Positions 9,430 to 19,900 of a stretch of DNA of 64,000 bases are shown here, one piece after another. The position numbers and the translations under genes are program-made. The notes beneath the pieces are model-generated. The model did no database searches and was not told the DNA's origin. It was given only the letters and a program-made list of their open reading frames with translations. Location: IMG/VR virus record IMGVR_UViG_3300037455_000543, positions 187,136 through 251,135 of that record, one strand, 5' to 3'. The stretch comes from a virus. Lineage: Duplodnaviria; Heunggongvirae; Uroviricota; Caudoviricetes. Numbering within the stretch: position 1 is the first letter of the stretch; every line of letters starts with the position of its first letter.

Positions 9430-11199
9430 CTATCTATTAGCGTAACCGCCACCACTTCCTCTTGGAGGTCTATAATCTTTAAAGAACTTTGTAAGCGATT
9501 TTTGAATTTCAGCTAATGTATCACCTATTTCTTTAATATTCTTCGTATAGTCAGAGGTTTCTTCAGTTCCTACATAATTTGTATTAATGTTATCGCCAAG
9601 AGAATCATTACTCTTTATAGTTACAGCATTAGCCATTGTCATATTGCTAATTTGTGTAGATTCTGGGAATGCATTATATCTAGGAGTCATAAATTCACGG
9701 TTAGCTTCAATCGGTTTACCGACAAAGAAATCTCTTAATGATTCAACCGCGTTTCTTATGCTATGTAATGGACTAGTTACCTTATCAACTAACTCACTAT
9801 AACTATTTTTCTGCTTTTCAACAAGGGCATTTTCTCGTGCAGTTTGTTTTGCATTAGATTCTTCTGCCTTACCGAAGAATGCCTTTGCAATAGCTTCAGC
9901 GATACCTTCTATCAAAGCAATTATTGGACTAAATATAATCTTAAAGAATCCTACACATGCATCTACAATTAAACCGCCAATATCCTTAAATACTTCAATA
10001 ATAGATTTTATTGCCTTTGTAATCTGATCGCCAAATTTAGTAAACAGATAAATAATACCTACTATAACAAGAACAATAGCAGCTACGACTAATACAACAC
10101 CTGCACAAGCAAATAAGAACTGTAAGACAGCCAAACCGTTTCTAAATGCAATACCAAGCATCTCAGCAATATGTCTAATTATTTCCTTTGCCTTTCTGAA
10201 CAATAAGAAACTACTTTCAGCTTTCTGCTTCTTTGCTTCTCCCTGCATCTGGAATACCCAAAGAATCATATCCTTGCCCCATTTAGCAGTAAGACCTATC
10301 ATACGTGCCGTATGATAAATAGTTTCAAGTGTCTTTATTAAAATAACAGGTCCTTTAAACAAGGCAAATGCTATCAATGCATACTTTGCTATCTTCTTTC
10401 CTAGTTTTATTGCTTTTACTTTTAAGTCTTCCGATAATGCATCCCATACACCCATGAAGAATGCAACAGCCAATAAAACATACGGCAAGAACTTTGCAAT
10501 CATACTTGTAATGATTGAAACTGGATTCAAGATACCAGAAAGAATTCCGCCGAGACCCTTCAAAAATTCTTTCATAGAGAATGGAAGCTTTGGTCTTTCT
10601 CCGCGTTTCTTTTTCTTATCTTCTGGCGGTAATGTCGGCTTCTGTCTATTGTCACCAACCTTTTCCTTACGTTCTTTTGCTTTTTCAACTTTATCCTGGT
10701 TTAACAAGACAGTCTTAGTTTGTGCGGTCGCACCTTGAACTATTCTTTGTGCATTTTTATCTGCTGCTTTAGTCTGATCTACTTGTTGCTTCGCAATTAA
10801 CTTTACTGTATCAGCTAGTTTTCCAAGATCATCATTCTTTGGTGCAACTGCAGATTTTCTACCGATAACTGCAGAAGCAGCACCTGCGACAGCGCCTTTA
10901 AGAAGAGAACCTATCTTTCCGTCCTTTCCCTCGGAACGTTCCTTCTTAAGTTGTTCTTTAATAGCATTTAAACTCTTTAAAACATTCTTAAGATTATTAG
11001 CATTCCTGTTAAGCAGGTCATTTGATTTGGTAAATTTTTTAGCGCAAAGATTAACAGCTTTCTGTATATTGGCAACAGGAGCAAGAACTTTATTCGATGT
11101 GCTCGCTATTTTTTCTAATACTTCTAACTTTGCTGATTCGATATCAGCATTCATCTGTTTGGTTGATTGTAGTGCTGCCTTATTATCTGCCATAGCCAT
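9430..11199 (-). CDS. Tape-measure / baseplate hub protein (gp29-like)
   Basis: 589 aa; helical Lys/Ala-rich N-terminus, hydrophobic helical middle; upstream of gp48-like gene; ends in tandem TAG TAG. Confidence 0.65.
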   Translation of the reverse strand: MAMADNKAALQSTKQMNADIESAKLEVLEKIASTSNKVLAPVANIQKAVNLCAKKFTKSNDLLNRNANNLKNVLKSLNAIKEQLKKERSEGKDGKIGSLLKGAVAGAASAVIGRKSAVAPKNDDLGKLADTVKLIAKQQVDQTKAADKNAQRIVQGATAQTKTVLLNQDKVEKAKERKEKVGDNRQKPTLPPEDKKKKRGERPKLPFSMKEFLKGLGGILSGILNPVSIITSMIAKFLPYVLLAVAFFMGVWDALSEDLKVKAIKLGKKIAKYALIAFALFKGPVILIKTLETIYHTARMIGLTAKWGKDMILWVFQMQGEAKKQKAESSFLLFRKAKEIIRHIAEMLGIAFRNGLAVLQFLFACAGVVLVVAAIVLVIVGIIYLFTKFGDQITKAIKSIIEVFKDIGGLIVDACVGFFKIIFSPIIALIEGIAEAIAKAFFGKAEESNAKQTARENALVEKQKNSYSELVDKVTSPLHSIRNAVESLRDFFVGKPIEANREFMTPRYNAFPESTQISNMTMANAVTIKSNDSLGDNINTNYVGTEETSDYTKNIKEIGDTLAEIQKSLTKFFKDYRPPRGSGGGYANR

Positions 11200-11203
11200 A
11201 TAC

Positions 11204-11211
11204 TATTTATA
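11204..11211 (-). promoter_or_regulatory. Late promoter TATAAATA, 4 nt from ATG
   Basis: TATAAATA-GTAT-ATGG, identical context to 3453-3460. Confidence 0.75.
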
Positions 11212-11224
11212 ATAAATAATATAT

Positions 11225-11848
11225 ATGAAATTCAAAGAAATTTATAGAATTAATGAGAGTCTTTATGCGAATGCCAATAAGCTGTTTAGAATGCTATCCA
11301 GGGCTCTCGGTGACGAAGATTTAAGTAAATATATTGCTAAAGATAAAAACGCCCCAGACGAGCTTATTTTAATCCGTACAAGCATCCTAGAAAAGATTAC
11401 AGAAATAGAACTTAAAAAGATATGTGACGCCTGCGGATTCTATTACAGTATACATTATGGTAAATCTGGTAAGCCTTTACCGTTTGACCCGATTTATGTT
11501 ACGCCTAAGACACAAAGAGAACCGTTGCATATCGGAAGACAAGAATACTATCATGCATCGCCTTGCAAAACTCTTGATATTACTGGCATAAGACTTCGTT
11601 CAAGAAAAGTCGATAACGAGTTCGATATTTATTATGATAGAATTTATTTACTACCTTGTGCTTTGATAAAAGATACAGACGAACTGATAATAATGGTCGC
11701 AGACGAACATAATCTTGACCCTAAAGATATAGCATTATATAAAGTGATTCTTCCTGATAATTATGAAGTCTATCAGGACCCGACAAAAAGAAATGCGGTC
11801 TATATAACTAACTTTTTACCAGCTAAATATATAACAAAAGTTAAATAG
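11225..11848 (+). CDS. ART/Tpt1-like fold protein with capsid-targeting-like leader
   Basis: YYHAS...GIRLRS...RIYL...YQDP...AVY...LPAKYI; leader MKFKEIYRINE. Confidence 0.5.
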   Translation: MKFKEIYRINESLYANANKLFRMLSRALGDEDLSKYIAKDKNAPDELILIRTSILEKITEIELKKICDACGFYYSIHYGKSGKPLPFDPIYVTPKTQREPLHIGRQEYYHASPCKTLDITGIRLRSRKVDNEFDIYYDRIYLLPCALIKDTDELIIMVADEHNLDPKDIALYKVILPDNYEVYQDPTKRNAVYITNFLPAKYITKVK

Positions 11849-12146
11849 AATTTAATATTTTTGCAAATGCATAACGCTGTTTTCTGTCAAATGCGGAAAC
11901 AGCCTTTTTTAATTCTTCTTCAAATATTTCTTTATTGAATCTGAATTTACGAACATATCGTATATCGCCACAATTATAATGGAATGTGCATATAATTTCA
12001 TTAGATACTACTGCGATATTTCCTATATTATATCTGTTAAGTATATACATTATTAAACACGTCTGAGAAATAGGTTTGAATTCGATAAGATAACTCTTAG
12101 CGATTTCTTTTAAATCATCTATTGTGTTTATATAAGGTATCATCAT
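11841..12146 (-). CDS. Hypothetical protein
   Basis: 101-aa ORF downstream of the capsid terminator, with AATAAATA just upstream. Confidence 0.55.
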   Translation of the reverse strand: MMIPYINTIDDLKEIAKSYLIEFKPISQTCLIMYILNRYNIGNIAVVSNEIICTFHYNCGDIRYVRKFRFNKEIFEEELKKAVSAFDRKQRYAFAKILNSI

Positions 12147-12162
12147 TTATTTATTAAACAAT

Positions 12163-12195
12163 AAAAAATGTAGGTCTTGTGAACCTACATTTTTT
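12163..12195. terminator. Intrinsic terminator after major capsid gene
   Basis: AAAAAATGTAGGT-loop-ACCTACATTTTTT. Confidence 0.85.
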
Positions 12196-12219
12196 AAAAC
12201 TAAGTTTTTGTAACCGAAA

Positions 12220-13539
12220 TTACCAAACCATGCTTTCCGGAGCCTGGTCGAAGAGGCCAGTGAACTTGAGCAAGCGATAGTAGTTTTCAGCACCAAGCAT
12301 GTTGTGTGCGAAACCATAACGGCTCATGATACCAACTCTCGGAGAGAAGTCGTTCGGGTCAATTGCCTGGTTAACAACGCCAGTAACATACGGACAGAAG
12401 ATAACACCAGCATCATAGAGGCTTGTGCCCTTGAATGCGAGGAGGATTTCGCCGTTGTCGTTAGCACCAAATTCGTCAACTGCATACTGGTCACAGAAGA
12501 TCTTAACAACACCGTTCAAAGTACCCATTTCCGGAGTAACAGCAGAGCCGTTAACTTCGTGAGCAATCTTGGTGAACCATGGGTTAGCGCACTGGAGAAC
12601 AGTAGCAACGTCCGGAGAAACAACACCGATGTTAGCTGCACCACGACGAGTAGCAGTACGGATGTCGTTTACGCCCTTCATGATGTGAGCGATAATAGTA
12701 CCAAAGCGTTCCTGAGAGTTTGTACCGATGTAACCATCGTTAGTCTGGAGTGTGGATTCAGACTTGGTATAAACACGCGGAGTACAGAGTGACTTACAAC
12801 GGCCGATAGTTTCACGGTCCATTTCAGCAGTCATTTCTGCCTGAAGAACGTTGATCATTTCGTTCATCATTTCGATACCCTGCATAGCCTTGATGTCGGC
12901 AGCGGATTCGAGAGAGAATGAAGCAGCGAGCTTACGAGTCTTAGCAACGATGCTCTGTCTGGAGAGCATAAGACCAATTTCCGGCATCTTACGGCTTACA
13001 GACGGATCGTCAGAACCGAAAGTAGGACCAGTAATCTTCCAGCCTTCAGCAGACTGAGTATCTACGCCAGTACCAGCATCCCATTCACCGTCTGTGTTGG
13101 CGGTAGAACCGGTATAGCCAGAGAAGCGAGGAACAGCCTTCCATGCAGCTTCAACGAGTTCGTTCGGGTTATTGGTCTTATAGATGTAACGGAGTGCGAA
13201 AGCAAGACCGACAGGACCAGTCAACGGCTGAACACCAACGAGGACGTTAGCGAAGAGCTGTGGGAACACACGACGAACGAGTGCGAGGGAAATCGGAGCG
13301 AAGACACCCTTAGCGTCACCACCATGAGGAATACCCTGGTCGAGACCGAGCGGTGCACCTACACCCTGAGTAAAGTCTTCGGTAAGCAATTCAGAACCGA
13401 GGTTCTTGGTTTGCTGGTTTTCCAAAAGACGAGCAGTATTATAACGGACGAGATTATCCTTAATGCCAGTGATTGAGAGTCCGCCCGGAGCTTTCTGCCA
13501 GCGGTCCATCATACCAGCTTGTGTCTTTGTAATTTTCAT
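12220..13539 (-). CDS. gp23: Major capsid protein
   Basis: LLENQ...LVRRVFPQLFANVLVGVQPLTGPVGLAFALRY...FCPYV...PRVGIMSRYG; strongly biased codons. Confidence 0.97.
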   Translation of the reverse strand: MKITKTQAGMMDRWQKAPGGLSITGIKDNLVRYNTARLLENQQTKNLGSELLTEDFTQGVGAPLGLDQGIPHGGDAKGVFAPISLALVRRVFPQLFANVLVGVQPLTGPVGLAFALRYIYKTNNPNELVEAAWKAVPRFSGYTGSTANTDGEWDAGTGVDTQSAEGWKITGPTFGSDDPSVSRKMPEIGLMLSRQSIVAKTRKLAASFSLESAADIKAMQGIEMMNEMINVLQAEMTAEMDRETIGRCKSLCTPRVYTKSESTLQTNDGYIGTNSQERFGTIIAHIMKGVNDIRTATRRGAANIGVVSPDVATVLQCANPWFTKIAHEVNGSAVTPEMGTLNGVVKIFCDQYAVDEFGANDNGEILLAFKGTSLYDAGVIFCPYVTGVVNQAIDPNDFSPRVGIMSRYGFAHNMLGAENYYRLLKFTGLFDQAPESMVW

Positions 13540-13623
13540 TTGAGTTTTTCTCCTATAAATTGTTTATAAACTGTTTGAACAATTTCTATATTTTATTTAT
13601 GTTGCAAAATTCAGATTTTTTGC

Positions 13624-14613
13624 TTAGTCCTCATCAATGAGACTTGCGGAGCCCTGCATCATTCGTTCAGCAGGTGTCATTTCACGACGGGACGGTTTAA
13701 ATTTGTCGGAAAGAACATTCTTTGTGCGGTCTTCGATGAACGCAGTCTTACGAACTGGACGGTCATGATTTTCGAAGAGACGAGATCTTTCATACTTCAT
13801 GCTTTCATAAACATTTGCCTGTTCCTGAATCATGTCGATGTAAGCGTCGATGTCTTTCTTGGTTTCATTCAAGCTCTTGTCCTTGAAGAATTTCTTAACC
13901 TTTACACGCTGTTCCGGATCAAGGGTAGAAATCTTTTCAGAGATCAAAGTCTTCTTGCCCATGGTTTCGGTCAAGTCTTGCAAACGTAAGTTTTCATCAA
14001 GCTGCTTCTTAAGGGACTGTCTAATTTCAGCATTTTCCTGCTTGAGCTGACGAATCTTCTTGCCACCGCTTGTATTGAGAGGTACAAATTCATCTTCGAA
14101 GAGATGCTTGATGCCTTCAACGATCGGAGCATAAGTTTCAGACAATGCAGTCTTCTTAATAAGGGCCGGACTAATCTTTTCATTAATGTTAAATTCAAGA
14201 TACTTATCCAAACCGGTAATAACTTTTTCTTCGATAGCTTCGAGTTCTTCGCCGTACTTCTTCTTGAATTCAGTGTCAAAATATTCGCAGACGTAGTTCT
14301 GTGCAGCTTCTTCGAGTTTCTTCTTGTATGCTGCTACCTGCTTTTCAGCTTCTTCGGTAATAGCCTTACACTTTTCTTCGCAGTAACTACCAGCTACTTT
14401 TTCAATTTCAGCAGTCTTAGCTTTGACTGATTCATTGATTTTCTTCTGACAATATTCATCAGCTTTCTTGGCGACAACCTTGGCTTCTTCGTTTACTTTT
14501 TCCTGGACCTTCTCGTCAACAATGGCTTCGAATGTCTTTTTAATTTCATTCAATTCCTCAACTGAGAATTTCTGGGAAAGTGTTTCTAGGATTTTATCCA
14601 TGTATTCCTCCAA
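13624..14613 (-). CDS. gp22: Prohead core scaffold protein
   Basis: Acidic coiled coil, KTFEAIVDEKV, DKYLE, IVEGIKHLF; directly upstream of gp23. Confidence 0.85.
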   Translation of the reverse strand: MEEYMDKILETLSQKFSVEELNEIKKTFEAIVDEKVQEKVNEEAKVVAKKADEYCQKKINESVKAKTAEIEKVAGSYCEEKCKAITEEAEKQVAAYKKKLEEAAQNYVCEYFDTEFKKKYGEELEAIEEKVITGLDKYLEFNINEKISPALIKKTALSETYAPIVEGIKHLFEDEFVPLNTSGGKKIRQLKQENAEIRQSLKKQLDENLRLQDLTETMGKKTLISEKISTLDPEQRVKVKKFFKDKSLNETKKDIDAYIDMIQEQANVYESMKYERSRLFENHDRPVRKTAFIEDRTKNVLSDKFKPSRREMTPAERMMQGSASLIDED

Positions 14614-14645
14614 AATTTGTCTTATACATACAATATTTTATATTT

Positions 14646-14653
14646 TATTTATA
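14646..14653 (-). promoter_or_regulatory. Late promoter TATAAATA for gp22-gp23
   Basis: Exact motif upstream of the GGAGG SD. Confidence 0.75.
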
Positions 14654-14687
14654 TATTAATTCTCAGAATTTTTGCCATCATAAAATA

Positions 14688-14712
14688 AAAAGCAGTCCGT
14701 ATGACTGCTTTT
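14688..14712. terminator. Intrinsic terminator
   Basis: AAAAGCAGTC-loop-GACTGCTTTT. Confidence 0.8.
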
Positions 14713-14739
14713 AAATCATATAGTTTAATATACCTTATC

Positions 14740-15324
14740 TTATTTTGCCTTTCTTAATCCTGCATTAAGGCCATTTCCCTGTGCAGACTGCATAAGGCCT
14801 GTTATATAGATAAGAACATTCATAAATGTCTTTTGTTTCTTTAATATCGTTACAATTTCATTATATTTCTTTTCAGAAATACCATGACCTACCAAAGGCT
14901 TGATTGAATCAAGAAATTCCGCTTTTACAGTTTCGATACTCTTTGTTGTCCTAAAAATAGTTTCTGCCTTACTAATACCAGTTGCTGTATTTCCAGTAAT
15001 AAAGTCTTCAATTACTTTTGACAAATCTGTGCCTTCAGCATCCCCGTAGCTTTCGTTTATAGGCTTTACATTAAATCCATATTTTTCAGCAATTCTTTTT
15101 GCTTGTTCTACTGTCATTGCTTTATCTCCTTTAATACGACGATAGACATTAGAATATATTACATCAGCACAATCATCAGCATCAAACTTATCAAGATAAA
15201 AATCTCTTACATATGATTCAAAAGTATGCCTTATCTGTTCAATGTCGATGCCTCGGTCTTGAAGATACTTAGCAACTTTTTCCTTATATTTTAAATATGC
15301 TTTTTTAAAAAATGATTCTGGCAT
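14740..15324 (-). CDS. Hypothetical, putative internal head protein
   Basis: QAKRIAEKYGFNVKPINE-S motif; TATAAATA at 15341-15348. Confidence 0.6.
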   Translation of the reverse strand: MPESFFKKAYLKYKEKVAKYLQDRGIDIEQIRHTFESYVRDFYLDKFDADDCADVIYSNVYRRIKGDKAMTVEQAKRIAEKYGFNVKPINESYGDAEGTDLSKVIEDFITGNTATGISKAETIFRTTKSIETVKAEFLDSIKPLVGHGISEKKYNEIVTILKKQKTFMNVLIYITGLMQSAQGNGLNAGLRKAK

Positions 15325-15405
15325 GTTAATTCCTCTCTATTATTTATAGCTAAAATATTCAAAATTTTTCCATAAATATATAAATAAGATATAAGAGGAT
15401 TTACA

Positions 15406-15798
15406 ATGGCAAGTTTTTCAAAATATATAGAAGAAGAAATCCAGCAGTCCATGAATGAAAATACTTCTCAAATCGGTTTGACTGATGTATTTTCTGGTTC
15501 TCCTGTAATGGGACCGCACCATCATGAATATTGGATTTACGATGAAACTGGTTACGGTAGAACAAGTGATTCTATTAATGAACCGTCTAACTTAAATGCA
15601 GAAACTCCAATTACTACTGTGGGCGGACACATTCACTTTATTAATAATGGTGTTGTTGTTCCAGCTGGTGACGGTCATACTCACAAGCTACTTGCTCCGC
15701 AGAAGGTTGACGCTGATACCAAGATTTTCAGTCATAAATGCAAAGATGGTCAATGCTGCTGTGGCGATACAATAGAAACACCGATTCGTGGAATTTAA
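15406..15798 (+). CDS. HxH-repeat (YmaF-like) metal-binding protein with capsid-targeting-like leader
   Basis: PHHHEY, GHIHFI, GHTHKL, CKDGQCCC; leader MASFSKYIEEE; TATAAATA at 15379-15386. Confidence 0.6.
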   Translation: MASFSKYIEEEIQQSMNENTSQIGLTDVFSGSPVMGPHHHEYWIYDETGYGRTSDSINEPSNLNAETPITTVGGHIHFINNGVVVPAGDGHTHKLLAPQKVDADTKIFSHKCKDGQCCCGDTIETPIRGI

Positions 15799-15821
15799 CA
15801 CTTTGGCTCCTTGTTAAAAAT

Positions 15822-15850
15822 AAAAACCGAGATTTTTAATCTCGGTTTTT
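15822..15850. terminator. Bidirectional terminator
   Basis: AAAAACCGAGATT-loop-AATCTCGGTTTTT. Confidence 0.85.
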
Positions 15851-15851
15851 A

Positions 15852-16913
15852 TTATTCATCTTCACCTTCATCAGGATTACTTACTATACATTCAAGTCTT
15901 AACTGATACCGTATTGATTCCTTCGGGTCTGGGCAAATTACTTGTGTTGCTGTTGCCGTTCTATATCTTGCTGAATATCCGCCGCTTATTTGACTAAATA
16001 AATCAGCATATTGATCTATCTGTGTTTCATTTGGTATCAATTCAAACATTTCTTCTGTTGATTGTGTCCAGTCTGATAATGTACAATTTGCAGATAATTT
16101 ATAATCTCTATACGGATCATACAAATATGAACTTAATTCAAGCGTATATTCATTAATTGGCATGAATACTACGGCGGAAGCTTCATATATCGGTGTAGAA
16201 TCTGGATTTACCCAATCACCAAGATATAATCCGTCAACTGTTTCATTATAATTGAAATTTGCACTTTGGGATATTGCATAGTTATTAATATGCTCATATT
16301 TAAAATGCTTATTAAAATCATAGCCAGAACAATTTATATCTTTATCTTCAGGATTTATAACTCTTATTTCATCATCTGGAAAAACAGGATCATCAGAACC
16401 GCTCTGCTTTTTATAAACTGTAAAATTTTTACTACGTCTAATTGATGGTAAAATGCCGCAATCTAACTTTATAGATTCCAATACATCATTCAATCTAAAT
16501 GTAACTGTTATCTGCGCCATATCATAGCCATCACTTTCAGTCTCTTCCGCTGTATCGCTACTGAAGACATATGATGGAAGCAAATATATAATTATCGTTG
16601 TTGAATCAATAAAATAAGCCAATCCACCATTTTTAATTAAATTAGCTGCGATTTTTTTCTCCGCTTCTTCTGGTGACGCATCAAATCCAAGGTCTTTAAG
16701 CATAGCATCATTAACAGATATTTCAATATCTGAATTATCTGAACTTGGAATATTCATTATTGTCTTTGAATAAAAAGAAACGGGATTAATGACTCTTATT
16801 GCAAAGTCATCAGTATGAATAATACTCGTAGGAATCTGAGTCTTAAATTTTATAGTTCCCTTAAATATCCAACCGTTACAAAGATACTCTTCTTTTATGC
16901 TATAATCTATCAT
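15852..16913 (-). CDS. Hypothetical late (probably virion) protein
   Basis: 353-aa ORF with TATAAATA (16926-16933) and GAGG SD. Confidence 0.6.
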   Translation of the reverse strand: MIDYSIKEEYLCNGWIFKGTIKFKTQIPTSIIHTDDFAIRVINPVSFYSKTIMNIPSSDNSDIEISVNDAMLKDLGFDASPEEAEKKIAANLIKNGGLAYFIDSTTIIIYLLPSYVFSSDTAEETESDGYDMAQITVTFRLNDVLESIKLDCGILPSIRRSKNFTVYKKQSGSDDPVFPDDEIRVINPEDKDINCSGYDFNKHFKYEHINNYAISQSANFNYNETVDGLYLGDWVNPDSTPIYEASAVVFMPINEYTLELSSYLYDPYRDYKLSANCTLSDWTQSTEEMFELIPNETQIDQYADLFSQISGGYSARYRTATATQVICPDPKESIRYQLRLECIVSNPDEGEDE

Positions 16914-16937
16914 AAAACCTCTAATTATTTATAAAAT

Positions 16938-16968
16938 AAAAAGGGTGGCTTAACAGCCAGCCCTTTTT
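16938..16968. terminator. Intrinsic terminator after tail sheath gene
   Basis: AAAAAGGGTGGCT-loop-AGCCAGCCCTTTTT (one bulge). Confidence 0.75.
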
Positions 16969-16984
16969 AAATCTTTATCTAGGA

Positions 16985-19900
16985 TTAACCGCGACCAGTG
17001 GTTTCGTCCATAGACACACCCTTTGTACGATTGATGTAAATCTTGATATCGATGAATTCAATAGCGCTTGTCGGGTAGACAATGATATTGACATTCATGA
17101 TTGTCGGATCTTCAGAATCGATTGTAACACTGACGTCATATCTATCGATACCACCTGCAGCCTTAACTCTCTGTAAGAATGCATCGATATCGTTTCTAGC
17201 AGAGCTTCTGGTGTTAACATTGTTCTGCTGGAACAAGTACGGAGTCATCATGTGTTCGAGAATCTTTTCGATGTAGTTCATACAACGGCGGACATTGATA
17301 CGGTTCAAGAGGCTATTCTTCTTGAGAGCAGTTTTCTGACCCCAAAGAACAACGCCATAGTTACCGCAGTCACGGGTTGTATTAACGTTATTGTCATAAA
17401 GATCACCGATTTCATCATCTGTCAAGCGGAGCAACTGACCATTTGCATACGGGATTGTACCGTTAGCAACGCCAGCAGGTGCCATCCAAGGATAAACGAA
17501 GGTATCACAGTGTGCCATAGCGCAAGCGCCAGCAACTGACTTCGGCAAGTAAATCCAAGAAGCAACGTCGCCATTGTAATACTTATCATAGCCACCGTAT
17601 TCAGCGACATAGGAAGCATTATTGAAGGTGAACATCTTAGATTCAGATACCATCTGCTTACCGGTCTTACAAGACTTAGAAGTTACCTGAACAACACCGA
17701 TATCCTGCTTACGATTACCAGCAAGTTCAGCAATCTTTCTCTGGTGAGCATTATATCTCTGACGACCGTTGAAGGTATCGATAGCTTCTACGTTGAACAA
17801 GATATCGAACGGAGAACGAACACGGTCCTTGTAAAGGTTAAGTGCTGCAGTCTTTTCAGAAACATTATCCTTAGTGGAGTTCTTACCGCCAGTCAATCCG
17901 TAGATTGCAAAGGTCTGAACTGGCTGAGCATAGTTACCTACACGGTCAACTGCGTCATTGGTAGAAGCACGAGAAACATAAATGTATTCAGAATGACCGT
18001 TAATTACGTTAGGAGCATAGAGGCTATTACCTTCTTCATCCTTAGCATATGGGTCAGTGGAAACAAAGAAGCTTTCTGCCGGAGTCTTGAGAAGAGCATC
18101 CATACCGGTGCCCCAAGCAGCCTGTGCAGTCTGGTTCTTATTCTTTACATAAACGTTAATCTTGAAAACCTTCTTCCAAGTCAAATCAGCATTGCCATCA
18201 TCATCATTTACCTGGTCTTCATCATCATACTTCCACTTCCAGTTGAAGCCATAAGTTCCCTGAAGTGCAGGAATATCAGCACATGCTGTAGTAATAATGC
18301 TTACACCAATATCGTTACCATATTCACCAGGACCAATAGCAGCAATGACAAGCTGATCGTTGAATACAGACTTATACTTTTCAATATCGCCGTTACCCGG
18401 TTCATCATCAGATTCAGTCTTGATAGTATAACCGTCGGCGTAAGTCTTATCAACAGAATTTACGATATAAGAAGTAGGTGTTGCAACAATGTTGTTAACC
18501 ATATTTCTTTCACCGTTTGCTTCGATGACAGAATCTTGCTGAATTGGAAGATCAATCATTGAAGGTTCGCCATTCTTGATATTGAATACGCTACGAATAA
18601 CAAGTTTATTGCTATCCTTTTCAACATAACGAACAAATAACTTGTCTTCGAGATTATCTCTCCATACAAGGTCAAAGTTTTCTTTTACAAGTTTTTCAAC
18701 ACGGGCATCTTCAATTGGATTATAATAATTCAAGTAGAAATATTTACTTACATCTGCTATATCAGAAATACCAAGGCTATCAAGTATGTCAACAGCTGCA
18801 TCATGGTCTGTTTTTTCAACACCGTATGAATCAACATTAGTTTTTGCATCTGATGGATTATCATACATAGTCTTAATATTTTTACAAATTACTATGTCTT
18901 TAGTAAGTGTTTCAATATTTGGCGAACCAGCAATATCATAAGTTGGATCTACTTGACCATATTCAGTATATTTAACACCATAAGCATAACCATATACATT
19001 GTTACCCTCATCGTCTTTTAATGAAATATCGTCAACAAAATATGTCTTCTTAATTTCTGGGTCATCCCAGTCAATTACTTCGTAACGTTTTGCATTAGTA
19101 TAGCCATAGCCATTTTTAACTGGATCAGTCCAATCTGGGAATAAATCACTATTTGCTGGATAGAAAACTTCGCTTGCGCTTGTTTCGAAAAGGTCTTTGA
19201 AAGAAATTTCATCGCCTTGTTTAATCTTATCTTTTACTGCCTGGAACTTAATTGTCGCATTACCCACGCCGTCCAATGTTGCACTAGATGGAACGAGAAG
19301 TTTTACATAGTCATAACCTGCACGTGTTTCAACAACTGCCTGTGCAGAAGTTGCCCAGCCTTCCTCGGTAAACATCATTTTGCTTTGCATTGTGCCAGGA
19401 GCATAAGCAGTTTGGCCATCAACTATAGTTTCATTAATAGTTTCTGGATAAATAACGTGTACACCTTTACTTACTGTAACGCCATCTAAGTCAGCACCCT
19501 TTGCTTTCTTAAATACAAGTCGATCAGCACCTTCGGACTTGATATCCTGGAAAGTAGCATACATTGCACCTTGAACTAATGCATAGCCAGATGCTTCTGC
19601 TGTACCGACTTCACTTTCATTAAATGCATCCTGCCATTCAGTTCCAGTAAGGCCATCATAGCCATTTTCCTTCAAAGACTGAAGTAAGCAAAGATTGTTT
19701 ATACCCTGATTATCAGTATATTCGATTTTTGCGATAGAATCTGATCTATTTTGTGCAGTTACTGGTGCATCATCATATGTAAACTGAATCTGTGCATATT
19801 GTTCGTCACCCATAGTAGCACGAACTGCATAAAGCTGAGTTGAATTAGCAAAGTAATTTTCAGCAGCAAAGTGACCATAGTCGGTCAATGTTTCTGGTGC

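Noticed and set aside
12304-18562. Long antisense ORFs (12304..12792, 17744..18562 and similar)
   Set aside because: Shadows of codon-biased gp23 and gp18, with no SD, promoter or motifs.
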